Assembly (NCBI GenBank): GCA_965222615.1
Contig: CBDCUI010000009.1
Span: 640,001 to 704,000, forward strand
Reading direction: 5' to 3'
Length of the DNA stretch: 64,000 nucleotides
Source of the DNA: Gammaproteobacteria bacterium
GTDB taxonomy: Bacteria > Pseudomonadota > Gammaproteobacteria > UBA4575
Position numbers and translations under genes: made by a program
The notes under the pieces: generated by a model
Databases searched by the model: none
What the model saw: the letters and a program-made list of their open reading frames with translations, nothing else
Told to the model about the DNA's origin: nothing
Shown: positions 27,419 to 37,534 of the stretch, one piece after another
Layout: the number at the start of each line of letters is the position of its first letter
How positions within the stretch are numbered: the stretch's first letter is position 1

Positions 27419-28937
27419 CTAGCAATTTATTGATAGCATTAAACAATGATGTCGCTTGTATAGGTTTTACAATGAAGTCATCACAACCTGCTGCGAGAGC
27501 ATTTACTTTGTCTTCGCCATTGGTTGATGCAGTCATGCCGATTATCGGGATCTTAGTCTCTGACTTACTCAACTGCTTCGCGACATCAATACCATTTAAC
27601 TTTGGCAACTGCAGATCTAATAGCATTAGATTAAAGTTTCCAGTTTTACATTGCTCCAATGCATCATCCCCATCAAAAACTGCAAAACTAGAATACCCAA
27701 ATTCATGCAAATAAATTTTTAACAGCTCAACTAAATCTTCATCGTCTTCAACAACTAAAATTTTAATTTCATTATTTGCTGAAAGCTTACTAACCTGTTC
27801 AGATACTACCGTAGATACTTGTTTAGCCGGTATCGAAATTGTAAAAACCGAACCTACTCCAACCTCAGACTGCAATTCAAGCTCGCCACCTAATTTTTCA
27901 ACCAGTTGTTTACTAATGGAAAGTCCTAATCCTGCCCCCTTTTGTCCACTAGATTGAATTCGACTGAATGCTTCAAATACTGATTGTTTATATTCATCTG
28001 AAATGCCTGGACCGGTGTCTACAATACTTACAATAAGCTTATTATCGACCCAATCGACTTTTACACTGACTGAACCTTCTCTTGTATATTTAATCGCATT
28101 GCTGAAAATATTTATTAATACTTGTTGCAGTCTAATGCGGTCAGATTCTATAACTTTAGGCAATTCGTCAACTACTTCAAAAACAAAATTTAATTCTGCT
28201 TCTTTTGCCTGTGCTGCAAACATCACCTTAAGGTCATCAAGCAATTCCTCTAAATGAAACGGAGCAATATTGAGAACTAAGTTATCTGTTTCCAACTGCG
28301 CATGCTCCAGCACATTATCAATCAAAGATAACAAATATTTTGTATTTCTTTCTATTGCTCTTGCATAGCGATATTCATTATCTTTTTCAGAATATTGTTT
28401 CGCTAATATATTTGAATATCCCAAAATCGATGAAATAGGTGTTCGAAATTCATGTGACATACCTGAAATAAAGCGAGACTTAGCACGGTTTACTAGCTGT
28501 AATTGCTCGTTATAGTTTTTAAGCTCTGACTGCGCTTCTTTCAATTGCTCTGTCAATTGCCTCAACTTCACGTTTAGTAATTTAGTATCGTTAGAGGCTT
28601 GGGTTGTGTCTTGTTGACGATGATGCTCGGATGTTGCATCTAACATGATTACAAACCGACTTTGGTTAATCTTTATAATGTCGATACTAGCTACCATATC
28701 ACTATTTAAACTGACCAGTGGTAAAGTAATATAGGACTCATCTTCTAACCCTACTAAAAAAGGAAGATCGTCAACACAGCTATCGCCAGCAGTAAAATCG
28801 GGAAGTTGATAATTAGTTAGATTGCCGTAATGTGAAACATAGTTGTTATCGTTATCGACAACAACAACAAGTGGCTTCAATCTTTCTGCAGATAATACAT
28901 AAAGATTTTCAGCAATTTTGTTTATATGTTGACTCAT
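27405..28937 (-). CDS. Cytoplasmic hybrid histidine kinase (HisKA-HATPase-REC)
   Basis: SHEFRTP, NIFSNAIKYT, DTGPGI, GAGLGL, and a REC domain (LLDLQLP...KP). Confidence 0.93.
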   Translation of the reverse strand: MSQHINKIAENLYVLSAERLKPLVVVVDNDNNYVSHYGNLTNYQLPDFTAGDSCVDDLPFLVGLEDESYITLPLVSLNSDMVASIDIIKINQSRFVIMLDATSEHHRQQDTTQASNDTKLLNVKLRQLTEQLKEAQSELKNYNEQLQLVNRAKSRFISGMSHEFRTPISSILGYSNILAKQYSEKDNEYRYARAIERNTKYLLSLIDNVLEHAQLETDNLVLNIAPFHLEELLDDLKVMFAAQAKEAELNFVFEVVDELPKVIESDRIRLQQVLINIFSNAIKYTREGSVSVKVDWVDNKLIVSIVDTGPGISDEYKQSVFEAFSRIQSSGQKGAGLGLSISKQLVEKLGGELELQSEVGVGSVFTISIPAKQVSTVVSEQVSKLSANNEIKILVVEDDEDLVELLKIYLHEFGYSSFAVFDGDDALEQCKTGNFNLMLLDLQLPKLNGIDVAKQLSKSETKIPIIGMTASTNGEDKVNALAAGCDDFIVKPIQATSLFNAINKLLVENA

Positions 28938-29437
28938 GAAAGTACTTTTTCAGCGAGTTCCTGAAAAGCTTTTTCTACATTTTCACCTGACTTCGCACTG
29001 GTTTCAAAAAATAACCAACTATGATCTTTAATCTTTTTTACAGCTGATTCCGGACAATCCCACTGCCCTTTTAAGTCATTTTTATTTATTAGCATACAAA
29101 ACGGCACGTCACCGCATTTCTTGCTCATTTGTTCTTGAAGTTTAAATGCAGCCTCTAAAGTGTCTTTACGTGTACCATCTGCTACTAACATATAGCCCGC
29201 TGACCCTTTAATATAGTTTTCGTCTAATGTAGTGAACGTGTCTTTGCCAGCAATATCCCAAATTAAAAACTTCAACAAAGTCTCTTCATTTACTTTGATC
29301 TCCTTGGAATCTACTTTTACACCAACGGTGCTGAGATATTTTTCCGAGAATATGTTATTCACAAAGCGAGAAACAAGACTGGTTTTTCCAACTGAAAAAT
29401 CGCCAATCATACAAATTTTCTTATTGATGACATTCAT
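28934..29437 (-). CDS. Ras/Rab-like small GTPase
   Basis: G1 GDFSVGKT, G2 STVG, G3 WDIAG, G4 NKND, G5 SAK; 167 aa stand-alone. Confidence 0.92.
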   Translation of the reverse strand: MNVINKKICMIGDFSVGKTSLVSRFVNNIFSEKYLSTVGVKVDSKEIKVNEETLLKFLIWDIAGKDTFTTLDENYIKGSAGYMLVADGTRKDTLEAAFKLQEQMSKKCGDVPFCMLINKNDLKGQWDCPESAVKKIKDHSWLFFETSAKSGENVEKAFQELAEKVLS

Positions 29438-29685
29438 CTAAATACAAAATTATTTATTATGGAGTTATCAAAAAGAATGCATATTGCTAGGATTTGAGTA
29501 CATATGACAACAAATAATTTAGGGGATCCCTGATTAACTCAGAGGTTCCAGTAACACAAGGAGGTACCACTAAAATTGATGGCCACAGGCTATTGATTTT
29601 GAATGCAAAGTGAAAATCACATTTTTTACTTTGCGCACACTGGAAATTCATGGATGGATTATTCAGAGTGTCCTTAGAATTTAAC

Positions 29686-30375
29686 TCAGTCAAGAGCTGG
29701 CTCTAAACGGTAGCCGTGTTGATAAACCGATGTGAGTTTCCATCCATTTTCATCAGTAATATTAAGTTTGCGCCTTAACCGACTTATATGGGTATCTACA
29801 GTGCGCGTATTGATATCGGGATTTTTCCCCCAGACCATTTCAAGAATGTAACCTCTTGATAAAACTCTCCCAATATTTCTAAATATAAATAACGTTAGCT
29901 CATATTCTTTTTGCGTCAGCTCAATATTTGTACCATTACAAATAACAGTTCGTTTTTTTAAATCCAATGAGTACGGGGGAAAATCTAAAACCGTTTCATT
30001 ATCATTTTGAGGATAACTTCTTCTAGAAATTGCACCGACACGAGCCAACATTTCAGCCCGTTTGATAGGTTTTGCCATGTAATCATCTGCACCAGCCTCT
30101 AAGGCCATAACCACATCTTGCTCTTGATCACGCTGGGTTATAAACAAAACGGGCGGCTGCCAATCAAGATTCTCCCGCACCCACCTTAATACCTCCAAAC
30201 CGCTCATATCTGGAATTTCCCAATCGAGAATGATCACATCAAAGCTTTCTTTATTTAGTGATTGCACAATATGACCGCCAGACTGAAACACATAGCAATT
30301 GTGCCCAGCATCCGTGAGCCATACTTCCACCAGTTTGGCTTGATCGATATCGTCTTCTAGATAGGCAATTCTCAT
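29686..30375 (-). CDS. OmpR-family response regulator
   Basis: REC domain (EDD, ILDW, GADDYMAKP) plus winged helix (LTQKEYEL, TRTVDTHISRLRRKL). Confidence 0.93.
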   Translation of the reverse strand: MRIAYLEDDIDQAKLVEVWLTDAGHNCYVFQSGGHIVQSLNKESFDVIILDWEIPDMSGLEVLRWVRENLDWQPPVLFITQRDQEQDVVMALEAGADDYMAKPIKRAEMLARVGAISRRSYPQNDNETVLDFPPYSLDLKKRTVICNGTNIELTQKEYELTLFIFRNIGRVLSRGYILEMVWGKNPDINTRTVDTHISRLRRKLNITDENGWKLTSVYQHGYRLEPALD

Positions 30376-30571
30376 CCTAGACCCTTTTTATCGAATTGCT
30401 AAATTAAGACAGCCAATTGAAAACTATAATCTTAACGATTAACAATATTTAAGTATAAAACAATTAGTTACTTGATGTTCTTTAAGAAGTTCTAAGGAAA
30501 ATACTAGAAAAATCAGTATTTAACTATGCATAGTTATGAAATTTTCTAGTATTTAATACAAGACACGATTT

Positions 30572-31915
30572 TTACATGGACATATTTTTAATAATTTCTT
30601 CACCAAAGCCAGAGGTACTGACTAAGGTCGCGCCAGGCATCAATCTCTCTAAATCTTCTTGGACTTCCTTGGATGTCCCCGGTCGTCTACCTTTAGCTTG
30701 AAACCCTGCTCGTGCTCGCGCTAAATCATAAGTTACAGTTCTTGCAGCAATTGCCCCAGAGAGACCTGCAATTACTAGATCAGCGGCTTCAGGCCAGCCC
30801 ATAAACCGTAACATCATTTCAGCAGATAAAATAATTGAACCTGGATTAACCCGATTCTTACCCGCATGTCCTGGAGCTGTACCATGGGTTGCTTCAAAGC
30901 ATGCGACATCATCTGAAATATTTGCACCTGGAGCGATCCCAATGCCTCCCACTTGTGCTGCCAAGGCATCAGAAATGTAATCACCATTTAAATTAAGTGT
31001 TGCAATGACATCATAATCTTCCGGCTTCAATAAAATTTGCTGTAAAAAATTATCTGCAATTACGTCTTTAATGACGATCTCATTTCCATTATTTGGATTG
31101 GTTATTTTGCACCAAGGACCTTCACCAATCACTTCTGCATTAAATTCCTGCATTGCGAGTTCATAACCCCAATTTCGAAACGCACCTTCAGTAAATTTCA
31201 TAATATTCCCTTTGTGTACCAAGGAAACTGAATGACGGTCGTTATCAATAGCGTACTGTATGGCTTTTCGTATTAGACGCACTGAACCTTCTTTTGAAAC
31301 AGGCTTAATTCCTATACCTGAAGTGTCTGGGAATCGTATTTTAGTTACGCCCATCTCTTCTCGTAAAAATTTGATGATCTTTTTCGCCTCTTCACTTTGT
31401 GCTTCCCACTCAATACCTGCATAAATGTCTTCTGTATTTTCACGGAAAATTACCATATCCGTAGTACCTGAGTCTTTAAGTGGTGTGGGTGTGCCCGAGA
31501 AATAACGAATAGGGCGAACGCAAGCAAATAAATCCAACTTTTGACGAATCGCTACATTCAATGAACGCATGCCCTCTCCCACGGGTGTTGCAAGGGGCCC
31601 CTTGATCGACACAATATATTTTTTCATCACTTCAAGAGTTTCATCAGGCAAAAAATCATGCTCACCATATAAACGAGCTGCTTTTTCGCCCGCATAAATT
31701 TCCATCCAACTTATTCGTCGTTTACCACCATAGGCTTTTTTGACTGCAGCCGAGACAATACGGCGCATTACCGGAGTTACATCTATACCGATGCCATCGC
31801 CCTCGATGTAAGGAATGATTGGAACATCCGGAACATCTAGACTTTTATCCGGATTAAGCTTAATTGCCTCACCTTCTGCTGGGACCTGAACGTGTTCGTA
31901 GGGCTTGTGCGCCAT
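30572..31915 (-). CDS. icd: NADP-dependent isocitrate dehydrogenase
   Basis: [43 protein letters not shown] and EATHGTAP. Confidence 0.96.
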   Translation of the reverse strand: MAHKPYEHVQVPAEGEAIKLNPDKSLDVPDVPIIPYIEGDGIGIDVTPVMRRIVSAAVKKAYGGKRRISWMEIYAGEKAARLYGEHDFLPDETLEVMKKYIVSIKGPLATPVGEGMRSLNVAIRQKLDLFACVRPIRYFSGTPTPLKDSGTTDMVIFRENTEDIYAGIEWEAQSEEAKKIIKFLREEMGVTKIRFPDTSGIGIKPVSKEGSVRLIRKAIQYAIDNDRHSVSLVHKGNIMKFTEGAFRNWGYELAMQEFNAEVIGEGPWCKITNPNNGNEIVIKDVIADNFLQQILLKPEDYDVIATLNLNGDYISDALAAQVGGIGIAPGANISDDVACFEATHGTAPGHAGKNRVNPGSIILSAEMMLRFMGWPEAADLVIAGLSGAIAARTVTYDLARARAGFQAKGRRPGTSKEVQEDLERLMPGATLVSTSGFGEEIIKNMSM

Positions 31916-31995
31916 AAGTTAAACCTCTAATTGAATAAATAATGAGAAATTAAATAAATTATAGTTTAAATACATAAGCTTTTACTTACAAAAAT

Positions 31996-32031
31996 AAAAA
32001 AACCCGACACGTATAATTACATGTCGGGTTT
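31996..32031 (-). terminator. Rho-independent terminator after aceA
   Basis: AAACCCGACA...TGTCGGGTTT stem with a T-run on the minus strand. Confidence 0.75.
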
Positions 32032-32052
32032 ATACAAAATTTAAGCTATATA

Positions 32053-33402
32053 TTAACCAGTAGCAGACTTCTCAAACTGAGCTTCCTCCGTTGAGCCTGT
32101 TAAAGCAGTGACAGAAGATTGACCACCTTGGATAACGGTAGTTACATCATCAAAGTAGCCTGCGCCCACTTCTTGCTGGTGAGATACAAAAGTATATCCA
32201 CGTTCGCGACCTTTAAATTCAGGTTCCTGAACCATTTCTGTGTAGTGCTTCATGCCCTCGCCTTGTGCGTAGTGATATGCGAGGTCGAATGTGCGGTACC
32301 AGTTTAAGTGAATACCCGCTAATGTAATGAACTGGAATTTATAACCCAAATCAGACAACTCTTCCTGGAAGCTTGCAATTTGGGAATCACTCAAGTTCTT
32401 CTTCCAGTTGAAAGAAGGCGAACAGTTGTAAGACATCAACTGACCAGGAACCGCTGCTTGTACAGCTTGTGCAAATTCACGCGCAAAGCCTATATCAGGC
32501 GTACCCGTTTCACACCAAACTAAATCAGCGTAAGGCGCGTAAGCGATACCACGACTAATAGCTTGCTCCAAACCATTCTTCACACGATAGAATCCTTCTT
32601 GGGTACGCTCACCTGTAAGAAATGGTTTATCATTTTCATCAAAATCACTGGTCAACAGGTTCGCAGCTTCAGCATCTGTACGAGCCAAGACAATGGTAGG
32701 TACACCCATAACGTCTGCGGCTAAACGTGCAGCAAGCAATTTTTGAACTGCTTCCTGGGTTGGGACCAATACCTTGCCTCCCATGTGGCCGCATTTTTTT
32801 ACAGCAGCAAGTTGGTCTTCAAAGTGGGCACCTGCAGCTCCATTAGCAATCATATTCTTCATCAGTTCGTATGCATTCAATACACCACCGAAACCGGCTT
32901 CAGCATCTGCAACGATAGGCAAAAAGTAATCAATGGCATCATCTTCGGACATTTTGCCATCCGCGATGTTTTTCCATTGAATTTCATCAGCACGTTTAAA
33001 CGTATTGTTAATACGACGAACCATGGTTGGAACAGAATCGTAAGCATACAGAGATTGATCCGGATACATGGTTTCAGAAGTATTACCGTCAGCAGCAACC
33101 TGCCAACCTGAAAGATAAACAGCTTCTAAACCCGCTTTGGCTTGTTGCATTGCTTGACCAGCAGTAATTGCACCAAAAGCATTCACATAACCTTTTTTAG
33201 CAGCACCGTTAACTTTTTCCCAAAGTTTTTCAGCACCTCTTCGTGCAAGAGTATGCTCAGGCTGTACACTACCGCGTAAACGCACGACATCTTCAGCAGT
33301 ATAGCCACGTCTAACATTTTTCCAACGAGGGTTACTGGCCCATTCCTTTTCTAATTCTTTTATTTGCTCAGCTCGACTCTTGCTCACTATTGCCTCCTTC
33401 AA
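32053..33402 (-). CDS. aceA: Isocitrate lyase
   Basis: KKCGHMGGK active site, [18 protein letters not shown] and YNCSPSFNW. Confidence 0.97.
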   Translation of the reverse strand: MKEAIVSKSRAEQIKELEKEWASNPRWKNVRRGYTAEDVVRLRGSVQPEHTLARRGAEKLWEKVNGAAKKGYVNAFGAITAGQAMQQAKAGLEAVYLSGWQVAADGNTSETMYPDQSLYAYDSVPTMVRRINNTFKRADEIQWKNIADGKMSEDDAIDYFLPIVADAEAGFGGVLNAYELMKNMIANGAAGAHFEDQLAAVKKCGHMGGKVLVPTQEAVQKLLAARLAADVMGVPTIVLARTDAEAANLLTSDFDENDKPFLTGERTQEGFYRVKNGLEQAISRGIAYAPYADLVWCETGTPDIGFAREFAQAVQAAVPGQLMSYNCSPSFNWKKNLSDSQIASFQEELSDLGYKFQFITLAGIHLNWYRTFDLAYHYAQGEGMKHYTEMVQEPEFKGRERGYTFVSHQQEVGAGYFDDVTTVIQGGQSSVTALTGSTEEAQFEKSATG

Positions 33403-33712
33403 TTAACCCCAATATAAATATTTAAATTTGTAGTCCTAAAAACGAAGTAATCCCTAAACGGGCCGTGTATATTAACAGATACTAATTTAGCCTGACTAGA
33501 AAAATTGTTAGATTGCTGACGTAAGTCACCAATTAAAGTGAAAAAGATTTATATTTAGTCTCACAACCTACATCTAAACGCTATCTATCATGGGGTATAT
33601 TTTGGTATTAGTCCAAATCTGGGACCCACGATCTCAACTTAATATACACTGGAAAAGTGGTTATATTGAATTGACCATAACAAAATAATCAAAAAAAGGA
33701 GTTTTTAAAACC

Positions 33713-34195
33713 ATGGAATTTAAAACAGCCGACCTCTGTGATGAGCATGAAAATAGCATATCTGTGGCACAACCGTTATTTCGTGATTACGGAGGGGTTA
33801 AAACCTTCTGTGGAAAAATCAGTACGGTTAAATGTTTTGAAGATAACTCTTTAGTTCGAGAAGCCTTGAAAAGCCCTGGAAATGGTCAAGTTCTAGTGGT
33901 GGATGGTGGTGGTTCAACGCGGCGCGCCTTGGTTGGAGATTTACTTGCACAGGCAGGGGCAGATAACAATTGGGCTGGGATTTTAGTCTATGGCTGCATT
34001 CGAGATTCTGAGGTTATTGCCACTATTGATATTGGTTGTAAAGCAATAGGCTCCCTGCCGCTTAAAACAGACAAAAAAGGGATTGGAGAAAAAGATGTCG
34101 CAGTACATTTTGCAGATGTGGATTTTGTTCCAGGTCATTATCTTTATGCGGATGAAGACGGGGTAATCGTAAGCACCCAAGACTTACTGAAATAA
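33713..34195 (+). CDS. rraA: RraA/MenG-family protein
   Basis: TADLCD, KCFEDNS, VVDGGGS, G.IRD and YADEDG. Confidence 0.9.
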   Translation: MEFKTADLCDEHENSISVAQPLFRDYGGVKTFCGKISTVKCFEDNSLVREALKSPGNGQVLVVDGGGSTRRALVGDLLAQAGADNNWAGILVYGCIRDSEVIATIDIGCKAIGSLPLKTDKKGIGEKDVAVHFADVDFVPGHYLYADEDGVIVSTQDLLK

Positions 34196-34221
34196 CGTTT
34201 ACTTGCTTAGAAAAATTTTAA

Positions 34222-35178
34222 ATGACACAACCTATATACTACGATTACGATTTTGCAATTACATGCATTGATACGATGTATGTTCAGGTAGGCCATGCAG
34301 CATGCTATCTAATGGTCCACAATGATCGTGCTGCATTTATAGATACCGGCACAGGTCACAGCGTACCCTATCTATTAAAAATACTAGAAATAAAAAATAT
34401 TCCAATTGAAGCAGTAGACTATGTCATTCCAACCCATGTACACCTTGACCATGCCGGTGGTGCAGGCTTGTTAATGAACAAATTGCCGAATGCAAAACTC
34501 GTGATTCATCCACGTGGCGCCCCACATATGATCAATCCTGAAAAATTAATTGCTGGAGCCACTGCGGTATATGGAGAAGAAAAATTTAAACAAAGTTTCG
34601 GTGAAATACTGGCCATAGATGAAAACCGTGTGATCGTGGCTGAAGATAATGACAACATAGAATTATCTGGTCGCAGACTTACATTTCTAGATACCCCAGG
34701 CCATGCTCGTCATCATTTTTGTGTTTACGACGAATTGAGCGAAAGTTTTTTTACAGGTGACACATTTGGATTGTCTTACCGCGAGCTTAAGAAGGATAAC
34801 AAGGACTTTATCTTACCCACTACTACTCCAGTTCAATTTGAACCGGACCCTTGGCATAACTCATTGGATAAAATGCTTGCTCTCCAACCTAAAAACATTT
34901 TCTTAACACATTTTGGTCAAGTTACCGAAGTAGAAAAACTCGCACAAGAACTAAGACAAGATATCGAAAAATACGCAGAAATCACAAAACAGTATCTTCA
35001 TACAGAAGGCTCTAAAAACAAAATACGTAGTGACCTAGAAACTTATTTACAAGAAAGACTCAAAGCAAACTATTCCAGTGAAGAAGTAGATGAATTTACA
35101 AAATTCCTTGAACCCGATCTAAACCTAAACGCGGCCGGCCTTAAAGTTTGGCTCACCCGTCTCGAAAAAGCTGCTTAG
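34222..35178 (+). CDS. Metallo-beta-lactamase-fold hydrolase
   Basis: THVHLDHAGG, TPGHARHH, FTGD and THFG. Confidence 0.9.
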   Translation: MTQPIYYDYDFAITCIDTMYVQVGHAACYLMVHNDRAAFIDTGTGHSVPYLLKILEIKNIPIEAVDYVIPTHVHLDHAGGAGLLMNKLPNAKLVIHPRGAPHMINPEKLIAGATAVYGEEKFKQSFGEILAIDENRVIVAEDNDNIELSGRRLTFLDTPGHARHHFCVYDELSESFFTGDTFGLSYRELKKDNKDFILPTTTPVQFEPDPWHNSLDKMLALQPKNIFLTHFGQVTEVEKLAQELRQDIEKYAEITKQYLHTEGSKNKIRSDLETYLQERLKANYSSEEVDEFTKFLEPDLNLNAAGLKVWLTRLEKAA

Positions 35179-35302
35179 TAAGCACATGGATGTGCGAATA
35201 TGACATCCATCATGGACGATGCAACCGATTAGAGTTAAGTGATTTAAAATGATGAACAGGTTGGGAAATTCAAGTGGAGTCTTTAAAATATCTGCTAACG
35301 AC

Positions 35303-35552
35303 TGTGGTCTCAATAGGTCGATGCAACACTTTGAAATAGAGTGAAAAAAGGCTGCAAAAGCTAAGAGAAATGCAATTACATCAACATCTTAAGAGTAGAT
35401 CAATAAAAGATGGCTCGAAGCAAGTAATAATGCAGTATTTAATGTAACCGGTTCATCCAAAAACAACTCAACACTAAATGGTCATCCGTTTGAGTCAACC
35501 TCTTTATTACTAAAAGTTTAGCAAGGTGTTGCATTGACCGATTGAATCGGCA
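35303..35552. mobile_element. Non-autonomous IS30-like MITE (250 bp)
   Basis: 26-bp IRs TGTGGTCTCAATAGGTCGATGCAACA / TGTTGCATTGACCGATTGAATCGGCA (20/26), with a 2-bp AC duplication on both sides and no transposase. Confidence 0.75.
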
Positions 35553-35695
35553 ACTAAAGCAGATATTAGTAATAAAGAAACGTACACAAGTAGGATAGAA
35601 CCTATTAATTTCAAAGAATTATTAAATTTATTACTCTAAGAAATAGTCTTGCTATAACATCAGTAAATTGAATTCAAATTGACTGGAGAACAGCC

Positions 35696-36391
35696 ATGGC
35701 CTCAAACGTTCCTGAATTACCTGAACAATGGAAGAACCTTGATCTTGTCAAAATTTTAGCTCAACCAGCTGCCTTTATATCGATTAGTCAATGTAACAGC
35801 CTATATAAATCTGAGGGTGTACAAGGTGGCGAAAAGCAATGGGAACGAGGCACACTAGAAAACACGATAAAAGTTGCTAAAGCATGTCGAGAAGCCAATA
35901 TGAAATTCTTTTGGATAGGCTATGATGTATTTCGTGAACACTATCCAATGACAGAATTAGACCAAGCACAATATGGGTATTGGAGTAAATCATTTAACTC
36001 AAGTGCTATGACAGATGAGCAAAAAAAATGGGATGTTGACCTAGTTGATGAACTAAAAGAAATCGCATTACCAGAAGATGAAGAATTTTTTGAATACGCA
36101 CATCAAAGTTCATTTGTTGGTACTCCACTGAAGCTAATGCTTGAAAGAGCAGGAATTAAAACTATTGTACTTTGTGGAATACATCTTGATTGGTGTATCG
36201 AAGGTAATGCACGTGCTGCAAGAGATGAAGGTTATATACCGATTGTCATTGGTGATGCCTGTTCATGTCAGGACCAAAAGAATGATGTCACTACAATGGA
36301 AAGGATAAATAACATCGTGTGCCCAGTTCTATCAGCTGACCAAGCAGTAAGTTACATCTTGCAAGGACAGGCAAAAATTAAAGTCGCCTAA
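35696..36391 (+). CDS. Isochorismatase-like cysteine hydrolase (atypical catalytic residues)
   Basis: SSFVGT.L...L...GIKTIVLCGIHLDWCIEGNARAARDEGY...VIGDAC. Confidence 0.8.
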   Translation: MASNVPELPEQWKNLDLVKILAQPAAFISISQCNSLYKSEGVQGGEKQWERGTLENTIKVAKACREANMKFFWIGYDVFREHYPMTELDQAQYGYWSKSFNSSAMTDEQKKWDVDLVDELKEIALPEDEEFFEYAHQSSFVGTPLKLMLERAGIKTIVLCGIHLDWCIEGNARAARDEGYIPIVIGDACSCQDQKNDVTTMERINNIVCPVLSADQAVSYILQGQAKIKVA

Positions 36392-36410
36392 TCTCTGTTA
36401 ACTTCTCCGA

Positions 36411-36483
36411 TAAAAACAGGGATTTTTTGCTAGAGCGAGGAAGCACCGCGCGCCCATAAAACATTTAATTGAAGGATTCGGGC
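36411..36483 (+). repeat. Degenerate copy of the guaB-upstream MITE
   Basis: TAAAAACAGGGATTTTTTGCTAGAGCGAGGAAGCACCGCGC resembles TAAAAATAGTGGATTTTTTGATGAGAGCAAGAAAGCACCGCGC at 63080-63122. Confidence 0.6.
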
Positions 36484-36510
36484 TTGAGGCTAGTGAACAA
36501 TTAATATTTT

Positions 36511-36638
36511 CTCAAAATAGTAGATAATGCGCTGAATTGAGGCGCAGTTATTTTTGAGGAACGGAGTTTACTTATACAGTAAATGAGTACCGAAGAAATA
36601 ACTGCAACGAAGAGTCAGTGCATTAGATGCATTTTGAG
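36511..36638. repeat. ERIC/MITE-like palindromic element (~128 bp)
   Basis: Nested inverted repeats CTCAAAAT/ATTTTGAG, TAATGCGCTGA/TCAGTGCATTA and GCAGTTATTT/AAATAACTGC. Confidence 0.65.
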
Positions 36639-37442
36639 CTATACGAAGCTGGGTTGACGACGATGGTAGTACTTCACACCATCAAACGAAACGTCTTTGC
36701 CACCACCCAAATACATCTCTGCAACGTCGGTTGATTCAAGCAATTCTTTTGCAGAGCCTTTTTTCACTACGCGTCCGTTTTCAATTACGTAACCAACTTT
36801 GGCATAGCGTAGTGCAACCATCGCATTTTGTTCTGAAACTAAAAAGCTAACACCTTCTTCTTCATTGAGCCGTTTAACAATCTCAAAAATTTGCTCAATA
36901 AATTGTGGTGCTAATCCCATGGAAGGCTCATCCAACAAAATTAAGCTTGGCTTTGCCATTAAGGCACGACCCACAGCTATCATTTGTTGTTCACCACCAG
37001 AACAAAGGCCGCCTGGGTTTTTGCGACGGTCTTTAATACGTGGAAACAATTCATAGACATGATCAAGATTTCTTTTAACCTCAGCTTTGTCCATATTGCG
37101 GATAAACGAACCTGTTAATAAGTTTTCTTCTACACTAAGGTGAGCAAATATATGGCGCCCTTCTAATACTTGCACCACACCCTGCCTCACCATGTCATAA
37201 GCATTGTATGCAGCAATATCTTCTCCATTTAGCTCAATTATCCCCTTGGTAACTTCTCCACGTTCAGCTTCAAGTAAACGTGAACAAGCTTTAAGCGTAG
37301 TAGTTTTACCTGCGCCATTTGCGCCAAGCAAAGAAACAACATCGCCTTTATTTACGCTTAAAGACACCCCACGTAATGCAAGAATTACACCGCCATATAC
37401 AGCCTCAATATTATTGATTGCAAGTAGTGGTGTATCGCTCAT
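36639..37442 (-). CDS. LivF-like ABC ATP-binding protein
   Basis: GANGAGKTT, SGGEQQM and LLDEPSMGLAP. Confidence 0.92.
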   Translation of the reverse strand: MSDTPLLAINNIEAVYGGVILALRGVSLSVNKGDVVSLLGANGAGKTTTLKACSRLLEAERGEVTKGIIELNGEDIAAYNAYDMVRQGVVQVLEGRHIFAHLSVEENLLTGSFIRNMDKAEVKRNLDHVYELFPRIKDRRKNPGGLCSGGEQQMIAVGRALMAKPSLILLDEPSMGLAPQFIEQIFEIVKRLNEEEGVSFLVSEQNAMVALRYAKVGYVIENGRVVKKGSAKELLESTDVAEMYLGGGKDVSFDGVKYYHRRQPSFV

Positions 37443-37534
37443 GACAAATTCCCTTGTAGTACTTCTTCAGCAGCTGAACTATTTAGTGCAATAGCCCAGC
37501 TGCGAAGAAGAAAAGACTTACCTTTTAAAGATCA

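Noticed and set aside
33466-33649. Inverted GTGTATATTAA / TTAATATACAC pair between aceA and rraA
   Set aside because: The copies are ~170 bp apart and plausibly just the -10 regions of divergent promoters; too little evidence for an operator.
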